Positions 47,172 to 56,587 of a stretch of DNA of 64,000 bases are shown here, one piece after another. A program made the translations under genes and the position numbers. This DNA is from Patescibacteria group bacterium (GTDB lineage Bacteria > Patescibacteriota > Microgenomatia > UBA1400 > PJMF01): positions 95,527-159,526 of the forward strand of contig JAHDXH010000001.1 of the NCBI GenBank assembly GCA_023382875.1, given 5' to 3'. Position 1 is the first letter of the stretch. Every line of letters begins with the position of its first letter. The notes beneath the pieces are model-generated. The model did not search any database. It had not been told where the DNA came from and saw nothing but the letters and a program-made list of their open reading frames with translations.

Positions 47172-47864
47172 ATGCGAGGAATTTTTCAACTTTTTGCTTG
47201 GCTACTTTTAACGACTGGAGTATTTCTGACCAGTTCTGCGGGTTTTATTTTTTATAATCAATGGCAAAGAGCAAAAAGTGAACCCGCCAGTATTTTAACC
47301 GCACCTAGCGCAAAATCACAGGAAGTAAATCAGGCTAGTGGTGCTGTGGCAGGAGTCGAGACTGTTATCGAAACCGATGATGCTCGAGAAATTATTGTTG
47401 CCAATTTCTTAGAAAGGCACAGCTCCCCCATGCAGCCCTACGAGTATTATGGCAAAAAATTGGTGGAAATAGCAGACCTAAATGGTTTAGATTTCAGATT
47501 GATGCCAGCCATTGCCATGCAAGAAAGTAATTTGTGCCGCAATACCAATCCAGGTGCTCCTCATAATTGTTTGGGCTTTGGGATTCACAGTCGCGGCACT
47601 TTGGATTTTGAATCTTATGAAGCAGGATTTGAGCGTGCTGCTCGAGAAATCAAAGAGCGGTATGTTGATATTGGTCTAGAAACTCCAGAGGAAATCATGA
47701 CAAAATATACGCCCAGTAGTCCCAATGGCGCTTGGGCTGAATCGGTCAAACAGTGGATGGCAGAAATGCGCTATGACGACCGAGAATCTGGTCGAACATT
47801 GAAGACTAACGATAATGTGTTGGATTTGGCCAAAACTGCAAGCGAAAGTGCACAGGATAATTAA
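47172..47864 (+). CDS. Membrane-anchored lysozyme-fold (glucosaminidase/lytic transglycosylase-like) protein
   Basis: TM anchor, AIAMQES, NCLGFG, KYTP..W. Confidence 0.7.
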   Translation: MRGIFQLFAWLLLTTGVFLTSSAGFIFYNQWQRAKSEPASILTAPSAKSQEVNQASGAVAGVETVIETDDAREIIVANFLERHSSPMQPYEYYGKKLVEIADLNGLDFRLMPAIAMQESNLCRNTNPGAPHNCLGFGIHSRGTLDFESYEAGFERAAREIKERYVDIGLETPEEIMTKYTPSSPNGAWAESVKQWMAEMRYDDRESGRTLKTNDNVLDLAKTASESAQDN

Positions 47865-47886
47865 GGCCGATATATTTATTTATAGT

Positions 47887-47915
47887 TTGACATATTGATT
47901 ACATACTGCTATAAT
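47887..47915 (+). promoter_or_regulatory. Consensus sigma70 promoter with extended -10
   Basis: TTGACA-N17-TATAAT with TGc immediately before the -10. Confidence 0.8.
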
Positions 47916-47920
47916 GTACC

Positions 47921-47997
47921 TATCTAAGAAGGTTTCTTCCTCACCGGGAGCTACGTTCTTAGCCAAAAGAGTCCCACTAATAGGTGGGATTTTTTTT
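47921..47997 (+). ncRNA. Candidate ~75-nt small RNA or attenuated leader
   Basis: Between consensus promoter and terminator TCCCAC-TAATAG-GTGGGA-T8; 5' hairpin CTAAGAA/TTCTTAG; no ORF. Confidence 0.55.
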
Positions 47998-48035
47998 GCC
48001 TTCCTGATATAATGATGATCTGGTGATTCTCATTT

Positions 48036-48116
48036 GCCGAGATGGCGAAATGGTAGACGCGCACGGCTTAGAACCGTGTGGGGCAACCCTTGGAGGTTCG
48101 AGTCCTCTTCTCGGCA
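48036..48116 (+). tRNA. tRNA-Leu(UAG), CCA not encoded
   Basis: GCCGAGA acceptor, CACGG-CTTAGAA-CCGTG anticodon arm, variable arm GGG-CAA-CCC, GGTTCGAGTCC. Confidence 0.96.
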
Positions 48117-48146
48117 CAATTGAAAAATTAGGCTATCATTGATTTG

Positions 48147-48827
48147 ATGGATAATATTCCGCCCCAACTAAATCAATCGACTGGCCAAGTGACTGCTCCC
48201 ACCCCAGAAGAAAAGGAAGCAGCGCTCAAAGCATCAGAAAAAATAATTCCTGTAAACTCTTTAAATGGCTCGTTAGCACCGGCTGCTCCTATTCAGCTGG
48301 CTAATACTCCAGAAACTGATTTAGCTGCCTCAGCACCCAGTGGTCCTACTAAGAAGGATTTGGCAGATTTACTCCTTAAATATGGTCCTAAGATGATTAG
48401 TATTGGTCTGACCATCCAATCTTTGCGTGGTATTTATAAATCTGTCGCCTTTATCTTGGTAGATTACCCCCTTTTAGAACAAAAATTGGTCAATCATCAA
48501 ATTACCGAAGCCGAAGTAACCGAATTAACGATCATGATGGTCATTATGCTGATTTCTACTGTTATTGGTTTGGCTTTTGCGATGAGATTGGCGATTGTGA
48601 AAGACTCTGCAGCCAAAAGGCTTCACTCAATTATTGGTCTAATACTCTTCTTTGGTAACGCCTATATTCATGATTTATTGCAAGCTCTTCATATAAGTGA
48701 GTGGTTGGTCCAGTTTTTCGCTAAGTCCGTTCAGACCATTCACGAAGCACCAAAACAAGTGATTGAAAATACGCCTTTTCTTGAGGAAAATGCTCAGGGT
48801 GGTTTAGACACTGTGTGGTATAAATAG
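48147..48827 (+). CDS. Hypothetical membrane protein
   Basis: Pro/Ala-rich N-terminus, ~3 TM helices. Confidence 0.7.
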   Translation: MDNIPPQLNQSTGQVTAPTPEEKEAALKASEKIIPVNSLNGSLAPAAPIQLANTPETDLAASAPSGPTKKDLADLLLKYGPKMISIGLTIQSLRGIYKSVAFILVDYPLLEQKLVNHQITEAEVTELTIMMVIMLISTVIGLAFAMRLAIVKDSAAKRLHSIIGLILFFGNAYIHDLLQALHISEWLVQFFAKSVQTIHEAPKQVIENTPFLEENAQGGLDTVWYK

Positions 48828-48830
48828 CAT

Positions 48831-49496
48831 GTGTCAGAGATTGTTTTCAAATCAAGTTCTCGTTCCAAATCAATTAGAATTGCCATAGATAGCCGTGGTC
48901 AAGTTGTTGTTAGTTATCCAAAGTGGACGCCTAAGTTTTTGGTCAAAAAATATGTTGATTCGCAATCTGCTTGGATCGAAGAAAACTTGGCCAAAGTAGA
49001 AAGCAAAAAAGAACTCAGTGATAACGACCAATTTGTTTCTGTTTTTGGTAAAAAATATCAAAAGGTTTTGGCCAACACCTTGGATTTACCATATGGTGTC
49101 ACTATTAGTGGTGAAACATTAAGGATTAATTTGATGGGTGGTGAAAAAACTACTCATCAGCAACTTCTGAATCGTTTTTTGAAAAACACTGCAGAAAAGT
49201 ACATTGTGCCTCGCACTCATGCTCTAGGTAAAGTGATGGGTTTGAGCTTTGCTTCCATTTCTTTGCGTCAACAAAAAACACGTTGGGGTAGTTGTTCTAG
49301 TCAAAAGAGGTTGAATTTTAATTGGCGACTAGTTCATTACCTGCCAAAAATTATCGATTACGTAATTATTCACGAGCTATCTCATCTTAAGGAGATGAAT
49401 CACTCGGCTAGTTTTTGGAATTTGGTTGCCATATACGATCCAGAATATCAATTGCATCGAGGTTTTTTGAAACGCTCTGGCATGGCTTTGGGATAA
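48831..49496 (+). CDS. YgjP/DUF45-like zinc metalloprotein
   Basis: KTRWGSCS, LNFNWRL, YVIIHELSHL, NHS..FW. Confidence 0.88.
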   Translation: MSEIVFKSSSRSKSIRIAIDSRGQVVVSYPKWTPKFLVKKYVDSQSAWIEENLAKVESKKELSDNDQFVSVFGKKYQKVLANTLDLPYGVTISGETLRINLMGGEKTTHQQLLNRFLKNTAEKYIVPRTHALGKVMGLSFASISLRQQKTRWGSCSSQKRLNFNWRLVHYLPKIIDYVIIHELSHLKEMNHSASFWNLVAIYDPEYQLHRGFLKRSGMALG

Positions 49497-49513
49497 TGTA
49501 GTATGATATCCCC

Positions 49514-50089
49514 ATGTCAGAAATTGATACAAAAGTAGAGTCACTTGATTCAACTCGCAAAGAGCCAAGTCACGATGATATCTTGCGCGATTTAAACCTC
49601 GACAAAACAACAACCACGACAGAAAGAAATTTAAACATGAATGCCACCACTTCATCTAAATTAGTTATCGTTTTTGCCTTAGTGGCTGTTTTAGCTGGTG
49701 TTGGTACCGGCTTTGGTGCCTACAAGCTTCAGGCTCGTGCGCCAGGTAGCAGTGGTCCAGCTGGATCAAATCTTCAACAAGTGGCTGGAGATGCCGTCAA
49801 AGAAGGTGACGTTTTTGGTATTAAAGATGACAAGACTTTCAAGGATAGTGCGGAAGGCTACTTGACCGAAGCTGGTGCCGACGATGAAGGCTCTCACTTG
49901 CTTCTCCGCGCTGGTGGTGATTCTCAAACAGTTCATTTAACTTCTTCAAGCACTGATCTCGAGAAGTTTAAAGGTATGGAAATCAGAGTTAAGGGCGAAA
50001 CCTTCAAAGGTCAAAAAGCCGGTTGGCTAATGGATGTTGGTCAGGTGGAAGTGCTTAAAGTTCAAGGTGAAAAACCCACTGAATTTTAA
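49514..50089 (+). CDS. Membrane-anchored hypothetical protein
   Basis: TM helix and beta-rich C-terminal domain; leaderless-type -10. Confidence 0.75.
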   Translation: MSEIDTKVESLDSTRKEPSHDDILRDLNLDKTTTTTERNLNMNATTSSKLVIVFALVAVLAGVGTGFGAYKLQARAPGSSGPAGSNLQQVAGDAVKEGDVFGIKDDKTFKDSAEGYLTEAGADDEGSHLLLRAGGDSQTVHLTSSSTDLEKFKGMEIRVKGETFKGQKAGWLMDVGQVEVLKVQGEKPTEF

Positions 50090-50111
50090 AAAATAACTTA
50101 AGAAGATAAAT

Positions 50112-50138
50112 AAAAACCAGCCTTTCGGCTGGTTTTTT
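50112..50138. terminator. Bidirectional intrinsic terminator
   Basis: AAAAACCAGCC-TTTC-GGCTGGTTTTTT between convergent genes. Confidence 0.88.
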
Positions 50139-50163
50139 AGTTTTGTTGTGAAAGAAAGGTAAT

Positions 50164-51213
50164 TTACAGGTTGTAAATTTGTTCGACTAAGCGGTTGCAA
50201 TAACCGTATTCGTTATCATACCAACTAATAACTTTGACCAAATTTCCACCAACCACATTAGTCAGTGATAGGTCAACAATGCTAGATTCTCTGGTGCCGA
50301 CGATATCCTTGGATACGATTGGTTCGTTGGTGACAGTTAGGATTCCTTTCCAACGATCACTTTGGCTAGCTTCGGTAAAAGCTTGATTAATTTCTTCGAC
50401 AGTTACTTCTCTTTTGGTGATAAAGACCATATCTGAAAGTGAACCAACAGGAGTGGGAACACGAATAGCCAAACCATCAAAAGTTCCTTGGAGTTCTGGA
50501 ATAATTTCAGTAACAGCAATTGCCGCGCCGGTACTAGTAGGGACGATGTTTTCTGCTGCAGCTCTAGCTCTTCTCATATCCTTTTTATGCGAATTATCAT
50601 GCAAATTTTGATCATCAGTGTAAGCATGAATAGTGGTCATCATGGCTTTTTCAATGCCAAATTTTTGATGCATAATGGCAACGACTGGGGCAACGCAGTT
50701 GGTGGTGCAGGAAGCATTGGAATAAACTTCTCCTTCTGGTGAAAGTTGGTTAACGCCAATAACGCCACTAGCAATGCCATCGCCCTTAGCAGGGGCAGAG
50801 ATTAAAACTTTTTTAGCGCCCGCTTGCATATGAAGAGCTGCGTCTTCTTTTTTGACAAAAGCACCAGTACATTCAAGAACAGTTTCTACTCCCCACTCGC
50901 CCCATTTAAGCTTGGATGGTTCGCGGCCAGCGGTAACTAGAATTTCGTAGCCATCGATAGAAATTGTGCCTAAAACTGGATTTTCTTCTGTGACTTCTTT
51001 TCTTGTTTGCTGAGTTTTGACTTCAACTTTAGATTTAAATCTGCCGTAATTGGAATCGTAGCGTAATAGATGAGCCCAATCTTCAAGGTCCATGCTTCCA
51101 GATGTATTTATAACTTTAAGGTCTAAGTTTTGACGATGATAAAGCCACCAGACTCTAAGAGCGGTGCGACCAATTCTGCCAAAGCCATTAATACCGAAGG
51201 AACGATTTGCCAT
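50164..51213 (-). CDS. gap: Glyceraldehyde-3-phosphate dehydrogenase, type I
   Basis: GINGFGRIGR, NASCTTNC, WYDNE. Confidence 0.97.
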   Translation of the reverse strand: MANRSFGINGFGRIGRTALRVWWLYHRQNLDLKVINTSGSMDLEDWAHLLRYDSNYGRFKSKVEVKTQQTRKEVTEENPVLGTISIDGYEILVTAGREPSKLKWGEWGVETVLECTGAFVKKEDAALHMQAGAKKVLISAPAKGDGIASGVIGVNQLSPEGEVYSNASCTTNCVAPVVAIMHQKFGIEKAMMTTIHAYTDDQNLHDNSHKKDMRRARAAAENIVPTSTGAAIAVTEIIPELQGTFDGLAIRVPTPVGSLSDMVFITKREVTVEEINQAFTEASQSDRWKGILTVTNEPIVSKDIVGTRESSIVDLSLTNVVGGNLVKVISWYDNEYGYCNRLVEQIYNL

Positions 51214-51287
51214 AGTAATTGCCTAATTCTTAATACTATAAAAGTAGCACTTTCTGTCTGGACTGGCAATGTTGGATAAACAATTGA

Positions 51288-51309
51288 GCCCGGGGCTTTC
51301 GCCCCGGGC
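51288..51309 (-). terminator. GC-rich GAAA-tetraloop hairpin after pyrH
   Basis: GCCCGGGGC-GAAA-GCCCCGGGC on the minus strand; weak U-tract. Confidence 0.6.
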
Positions 51310-51336
51310 CCACAAAGTGGTCAATTTCTCGACGCA

Positions 51337-52077
51337 CTAAACTAATTCGGTTTTCACATCATTGCTGATGTATGTCCCAATATCCTCACCGAGTGCGGCT
51401 TTGTAAAGGTTATCACCTTCAAAAAGTTCAAACACCATAATGGGCATACCATTTTCTTTGGACATTGCTAAAGCAGCAGTATCCATAACATTGATGTGTT
51501 CATTTTCGATAGCGTCTTTGATGTTCAAATTTCGATAGCGCTTGGCATCTGGATATTTTACTGGATCTTTTTCGTAGACACCATTAACTTTAGTGGCTTT
51601 GAGCAAAACATCGCAGCGAAGCTCCAAAGCATGGAGAGAAGCGCCAGTATCGGTAGTGACATAAGGAACGCCAGTTCCAGCTGCCAAAATCAAAACGCGA
51701 CCTTTTTCCATGTGACGAATGGCTTTTCTACGAAGGAAGTTTTCTGCCACTGCAGGCATAGTTAGGGCTGATTGCAAGCGAACAGGAACATTAACCTTTT
51801 CCAAGGCATCTTGAAGGGCTAAACCATTCATGACTGTGGCAATCATGCCCATGTAGTCAGCAGTTGCTCTTTCAATACCATTGGAAGCGCCAGCCATGCC
51901 GCGAAAAACGTTGCCGCCGCCGATAACAACAGCGATTTCAACATTTAAAGCATATATTTGTTTGATGTAATTGGCTACATTCAGAGCCGCTTGGGGGTCA
52001 ATTCCGTATTCACGATTACCTAATAAAGATTCGCCGCCTATTTTTAGTAGGACTCTTTTAAAACGTGTCTTGGCCAT
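51337..52077 (-). CDS. pyrH: Uridylate kinase
   Basis: RVLLKIGGE, GGGNVFRG, DYMGM, TTDT, VMD. Confidence 0.96.
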   Translation of the reverse strand: MAKTRFKRVLLKIGGESLLGNREYGIDPQAALNVANYIKQIYALNVEIAVVIGGGNVFRGMAGASNGIERATADYMGMIATVMNGLALQDALEKVNVPVRLQSALTMPAVAENFLRRKAIRHMEKGRVLILAAGTGVPYVTTDTGASLHALELRCDVLLKATKVNGVYEKDPVKYPDAKRYRNLNIKDAIENEHINVMDTAALAMSKENGMPIMVFELFEGDNLYKAALGEDIGTYISNDVKTELV

Positions 52078-52111
52078 ACGAACGCCTTTTTAGTTAAAAA
52101 ATACTTACGTA

Positions 52112-53143
52112 TTATATATTAAGTTTTGCTCTAAGTCTAAGTAATTTCCAGCGTAGGTTTTCTACGAAGCGAAATGGCTTATATAAAGCAAAATCAGTAA
52201 TCAAATCAAAGGTGCCAATAAATTCATTTAGTTCGCCGCCATAACCTTTTTTGAAGCGATGGAAACCAAACCATGGGTCTTTGGGGTCTGGGTTTTCTCC
52301 TAGACTGCCCCACATATCAAATTTGGTACAGCCGATTTTTTTGCCATATCTAATCATCTCCCACATCATGAGATTGGAGGCCATGACATCACGGTGTTCT
52401 CTAGATGATGCGCCGTAAGGGTAGTATAAAACGCCATTGAAAACGAACATAACCCAGCTGGCCAAAATTTGGTTTTCATAGACGGCTTGGAAAATCTTGA
52501 GCATTCCAGAGTTACCGAGGGTTTGCCACATAGTGCGGAAGTATTCTGGTGAGTGAGCATAAAAACCCTGTCTTTTGGTGGTTTCGGCTAAGATTTTTAA
52601 ATAGGTTTCCATGCCATCTTGAGTCGTGTTTTCGTAGATGATAACGCCTTTTTTGACTGCTAGGTTAATGTTGTAGCGAGTTTTATTAGAAAGATTAGCA
52701 AATAGTTCTTCTTCGGTTTTGGTGAGGTCCAAAATAAAAGTATGTTTGGTGAAGAGTGGTCTGCCTGGTACGGCATCATTGTCTTCTAGAAATTTGACAA
52801 TGTGTTGATGCGCAGAAGGAACGCCAACTTTTTGTGAAATATTGGGTTCCATTTTGATAAACAAAGCGTTATTTTTTTTGCCCAGTTGTCTTAAAGCGCC
52901 AATTTGATCCTCGTCAGGCATAAAAGCTTTGGGCAAGTAGCCGGCTGTTTTTCCAATTTTTGGTAGTTTATGGAAAGTAACTTGGAGGCCTTTTTGGAGT
53001 TTGCCTTTGTCAAAAAAACCAATTCTTTCGACAGTCGTGCCAGTAGCTTTTCTAAAGTCACCCCACTCCCATGATTGCAGTGGATGATGAACAACTTGGT
53101 TGTATTCGTCTTTTTCTTCAATTCTTAATGGTCTGATTAACAT
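52112..53143 (-). CDS. FemABX family peptidoglycan bridge aminoacyltransferase
   Basis: LQSWEWG, KTRYNI, YPYGAS, FDMWG, FKKGYGG. Confidence 0.9.
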   Translation of the reverse strand: MLIRPLRIEEKDEYNQVVHHPLQSWEWGDFRKATGTTVERIGFFDKGKLQKGLQVTFHKLPKIGKTAGYLPKAFMPDEDQIGALRQLGKKNNALFIKMEPNISQKVGVPSAHQHIVKFLEDNDAVPGRPLFTKHTFILDLTKTEEELFANLSNKTRYNINLAVKKGVIIYENTTQDGMETYLKILAETTKRQGFYAHSPEYFRTMWQTLGNSGMLKIFQAVYENQILASWVMFVFNGVLYYPYGASSREHRDVMASNLMMWEMIRYGKKIGCTKFDMWGSLGENPDPKDPWFGFHRFKKGYGGELNEFIGTFDLITDFALYKPFRFVENLRWKLLRLRAKLNI

Positions 53144-53167
53144 AAAGTTATTATAGGCGAGTGTTTT

Positions 53168-55150
53168 TTAAATGTCCAAAATTTTGTCGGCATCAAATTC
53201 GCCGTTCATAAAAGAACTCCATGAATCATCGTCGATGACCAAGCGGCGCTTGGGTTTGTCTGATTGGGATTTGGGCAAAGCAAAGCTTGATTTATCATAG
53301 AAGCTTTTGCTATCGTCCTGCCAATTTTTGTTTCCTTGATAATGATTGTTTTGAGTGTAATCAAAACTTTGCTTGCCTTCTTTTTTAATTATTCCCCCAT
53401 CGATATCTAGCAAGAAGCGACTAATAGTTGCATATGAGCCAGAACCATAAACAAAACGGTGACGAGCATTGCTTAAGATTAATTTTTCTCTGGCTCTGGT
53501 AATGCCAACGTAGCAAAGTCGGCGTTCCTCCTCCATTTGTTCTTTATCCAGAAGAGCTCGGGAGTGTGGTAATAAGCCCTCTTCCATGCCGACCATAAAA
53601 ACCACTGGGAACTCTAAACCCTTGGCTGAGTGCAAACTCATCATGGTGATGGCATTTCTAGGTTCATCTAGGTTTTGATCAGCCATTTCGTTGTCTTGAA
53701 CCAAAGCAATATTTTCCAGCAGTGACTCAACTTTTTCAAACTGAGCTGCTACGTTTAATAACTCTTTGATGTTATTGAGCTTGTCCAAGTCATCTTCATC
53801 TTTTTGGTTGTATTTGTCGCGATAAGTGGTGGCAGTGAGAATTTTTTCAAGTAGTTCGGCTGGATTCAATTCGTCTAATTTCCACTCTTTACTGGCTACT
53901 TCAAAAGCAATAAATCGTCTTTTGCCAATTTTTAAAGCTCGGTCGCGAGAAACAGTGTCGTTGGGATTGATAGCTAGTTTTAGGTAAGACAAAACGTCTT
54001 TAATTTCTTTTCTTTCGTAAAATTTAAAACCTCCTACAAGTTTATAGGGCACGCCTTTTTTGACGCAGGCTTCTTCAAATAAACGCGATTGAGCATTGGT
54101 ACGGTATAGGATGGCAACGTCTGAGTAATTGTAATCAATTAGATTTTTGATCTTTCCGACTACTTCCATAGCTTCACTTTCTCCACTTTCACATTCTAGA
54201 TGGACAATTTTGGCGTCACTGATGTTTTCAGTCCATAAAGACAAAATCGGGTGCGATTTGTTGTGAGAAATAACCTGTGTCGCGGCATCAAGAATACTTT
54301 GAGTGGAACGGTAATTTTGTTCTAATCTATACTCTGTTAGATCTGGAAAGTCATTTTTAAGCAACATCATGTTTTTGTAATCTGCACCTCGCCAAGCATA
54401 AATGCTTTGAGAAAAATCACCGACAACAAAAAGATTATTTTGTGGTTTGGCTAAGTATTTGGTGAGTTGATATTGAACTTTATTGGTGTCCTGATACTCA
54501 TCGACCAAGACAAATTTGATCAAGTCTTGATAGTAGGCTAACGTTGGTTTGTCTTGAGCGAAAAGCTGGTTGGTTAAAAGTAATAAGTCATCAAAGTCGA
54601 CGGCTTGGTTTTCTTTGAGTTTGTGTTGATAAAGTTTGTAGACTCTGGCTACTGTTTCTTGATATTTGCCAGTGGCTAGACGTTCGTATTCTTCAGCGCT
54701 GACCATTTCATTTTTGGCTGAAGAAATTGTGCCATGAACGGCTCGAGGATTGATTTCTTTGACATTCAAATTTAAATCCGCGTAAACTTGCTTAATTAAT
54801 TCTAATTGCTCATCACTATCGTAAATAACAAAATAATTATTAAGGCCAATTTTGTGGCCGTTGATTCTCAAAATTTTGGCACAGAGTGAGTGAAAGGTAC
54901 CAGAAAACGGCAGTTTGGAGCCAGTCAAATCTAGGACTCTTTTATTCATTTCGTGAGCGGCTTTATTAGTGAAAGTAACGAGCAAAATGTTGGAAGGTGA
55001 AATGTTTTTTTCTTCAATTAGGTATGCAACTCTGGTGGTCAAAACTCTAGTTTTGCCAGAACCTGCCCCCGCCAAAACTAAAGCTGGGCCCTCATAATGA
55101 AGGACAGCTTGTTTTTGATCTTTGTTGAGATTGTCTAATAAGGCAGACAT
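53168..55150 (-). CDS. pcrA: UvrD/PcrA DNA helicase
   Basis: AGAGSGKT, VDEYQD, LEQNYRS, HSAKGLEF, EEERRLCYVGITRA. Confidence 0.95.
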   Translation of the reverse strand: MSALLDNLNKDQKQAVLHYEGPALVLAGAGSGKTRVLTTRVAYLIEEKNISPSNILLVTFTNKAAHEMNKRVLDLTGSKLPFSGTFHSLCAKILRINGHKIGLNNYFVIYDSDEQLELIKQVYADLNLNVKEINPRAVHGTISSAKNEMVSAEEYERLATGKYQETVARVYKLYQHKLKENQAVDFDDLLLLTNQLFAQDKPTLAYYQDLIKFVLVDEYQDTNKVQYQLTKYLAKPQNNLFVVGDFSQSIYAWRGADYKNMMLLKNDFPDLTEYRLEQNYRSTQSILDAATQVISHNKSHPILSLWTENISDAKIVHLECESGESEAMEVVGKIKNLIDYNYSDVAILYRTNAQSRLFEEACVKKGVPYKLVGGFKFYERKEIKDVLSYLKLAINPNDTVSRDRALKIGKRRFIAFEVASKEWKLDELNPAELLEKILTATTYRDKYNQKDEDDLDKLNNIKELLNVAAQFEKVESLLENIALVQDNEMADQNLDEPRNAITMMSLHSAKGLEFPVVFMVGMEEGLLPHSRALLDKEQMEEERRLCYVGITRAREKLILSNARHRFVYGSGSYATISRFLLDIDGGIIKKEGKQSFDYTQNNHYQGNKNWQDDSKSFYDKSSFALPKSQSDKPKRRLVIDDDSWSSFMNGEFDADKILDI

Positions 55151-55197
55151 GTTTCAAATCTTAACATGAAGCTACCAGATTATGATATAACAAGTTT

Positions 55198-55851
55198 ATG
55201 AAATATATTTTTGGTAATTGGAAATCAAATAAGAATCTAAATGGTGCTTTGGAATGGTTAAAGGACTTTGGAAAAGTTAATTCTGATAATGAAATTGTTT
55301 TGCTGCCCGCCTTCAATCTTTTGGGGGCTATTTATGAAAAGGCTCGGGAAGCTGGATTTGTTTTGGGTGTGCAAGATTTAAGCTCAATGGCTGCTGGGAG
55401 TTATACAGGAGCTGTTTCGGCAGTTAACTTGGAAGGTATGGAAGTTAAGTATGCGATCTTAGGTCACTCAGAGCGCCGTCATCACTTTGGTGAAACTGAC
55501 CAAGATGTGGCAAACAAAGTCGAGCGAGCCTTGGAAGCTGGTTTGGTGCCTGTAGTTTGCGTTGATGAGGAATATATTTTTAGTCAGGCAGCTGCTCTTG
55601 AGCAAAGTCAATTGAGTAAATGTATGGTCGCTTATGAGCCTTTGTCTGCCATTGGTACTGGTGAGGAAATGAGTGTCAAAAAAGTCGAAGTAGTTTTTGC
55701 CCAAATCAAAAAGGTTTTTGGTGAAGTTAAAGTAATTTACGGTGGAAGTGTTAATCCGGACAATGTTGATGAATACTTATTGGTTGGAGATGGGGTTTTG
55801 GTTGGAACTGCTAGCTTGGATGCAAAAGAATTTTCTGCTTTAAGTAAATAA
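55198..55851 (+). CDS. tpiA: Triosephosphate isomerase (short form)
   Basis: GNWK, GHSERR, AYEP..AIGTG, YGGSV, LVGTASL. Confidence 0.94.
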   Translation: MKYIFGNWKSNKNLNGALEWLKDFGKVNSDNEIVLLPAFNLLGAIYEKAREAGFVLGVQDLSSMAAGSYTGAVSAVNLEGMEVKYAILGHSERRHHFGETDQDVANKVERALEAGLVPVVCVDEEYIFSQAAALEQSQLSKCMVAYEPLSAIGTGEEMSVKKVEVVFAQIKKVFGEVKVIYGGSVNPDNVDEYLLVGDGVLVGTASLDAKEFSALSK

Positions 55852-55908
55852 GATGCAATTTTGATTGCAAGACAAATTGCTTGAAACCATTTTTTTTGTC
55901 TAGCTTAA

Positions 55909-55953
55909 TTGACCTATAATATTTATTATTGTATAATGATTTGCTATTTAAAA
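55909..55953 (+). promoter_or_regulatory. Promoter plus boxA-like motif, copy 1
   Basis: TTGACC-N17-TATAAT then TGCTATTTAAAA. Confidence 0.65.
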
Positions 55954-55997
55954 TGTTGTTTTAATTACCTATACCAAAGTTCTCCTGGAGTAAGGTC

Positions 55998-56216
55998 ATG
56001 ACGCAGGGTTTATATTTTGTGTACCAATCTAATGGTCAGCACACAGACTTGGTAATTGAAGCTACCGATCTTAAAGAGGCTCAGGTTAAGTTGTTTCAAC
56101 ACTTAACTGATCTGGGTTTTTCTCCCCGGATTGGAACAGCGACTGGACATGTTTTTTTACCTATTCAGGGTGAAAAAAGCATTATCTACTGCTTAAAAAA
56201 AGCCAAGGTTTTGTAA
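55998..56216 (+). CDS. Small hypothetical protein, tandem paralog 1
   Basis: SD-like GGAG/AAGG; shares EAxD..EA..KL.QH....GF with the next ORF. Confidence 0.8.
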   Translation: MTQGLYFVYQSNGQHTDLVIEATDLKEAQVKLFQHLTDLGFSPRIGTATGHVFLPIQGEKSIIYCLKKAKVL

Positions 56217-56240
56217 TACGACATTTTTAGCTTACAATTA

Positions 56241-56270
56241 GTCCGGAGCATGCAAACTCCGGATTTTTTT
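56241..56270 (+). terminator. Intrinsic terminator
   Basis: TCCGGAG/CTCCGGA stem + T7. Confidence 0.82.
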
Positions 56271-56293
56271 GTCATTTATTTTGCTTAAAAATA

Positions 56294-56340
56294 TTGACCT
56301 ATAATAATAACTATGTTACAATTAAAATCAGCTATTTAAC
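56294..56340 (+). promoter_or_regulatory. Promoter plus boxA-like motif, copy 2
   Basis: TTGACC-N17-TACAAT then AGCTATTTAAC. Confidence 0.65.
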
Positions 56341-56367
56341 TTACTTTTTTGTCTGGGAGAGTGAAGC

Positions 56368-56580
56368 ATGCTTTGGACAGTGCACCATCTCAATACGCAG
56401 GGAGCGCCATTTATTGTTGAGGCAGAAGACCAAAACGAGGCTTTGACCAAGTTGGGTCAGCATTTTCAAAAGCAAGGGTTTGAAACCAATCTTGGTTTAC
56501 ATGCCGGATTCGTCTCCATCAAAAACAAAGATGGAATGTTAGTGATGCTGTGTGTTGCATCAGCTACACTGATTAAATAG
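56368..56580 (+). CDS. Small hypothetical protein, tandem paralog 2
   Basis: GGGAG SD; homologous to 55998-56216. Confidence 0.8.
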   Translation: MLWTVHHLNTQGAPFIVEAEDQNEALTKLGQHFQKQGFETNLGLHAGFVSIKNKDGMLVMLCVASATLIK

Positions 56581-56587
56581 GAACATC

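Noticed and set aside
45715-48116. tRNA-anchored integrative element between tRNA-Ile and tRNA-Leu
   Set aside because: No integrase, no duplicated tRNA 3' end, and the intervening genes have host-like composition
51288-51309. Very GC-rich hairpin as a REP or mobile repeat
   Set aside because: Single copy in the window; adequately explained as a terminator or stability hairpin after pyrH
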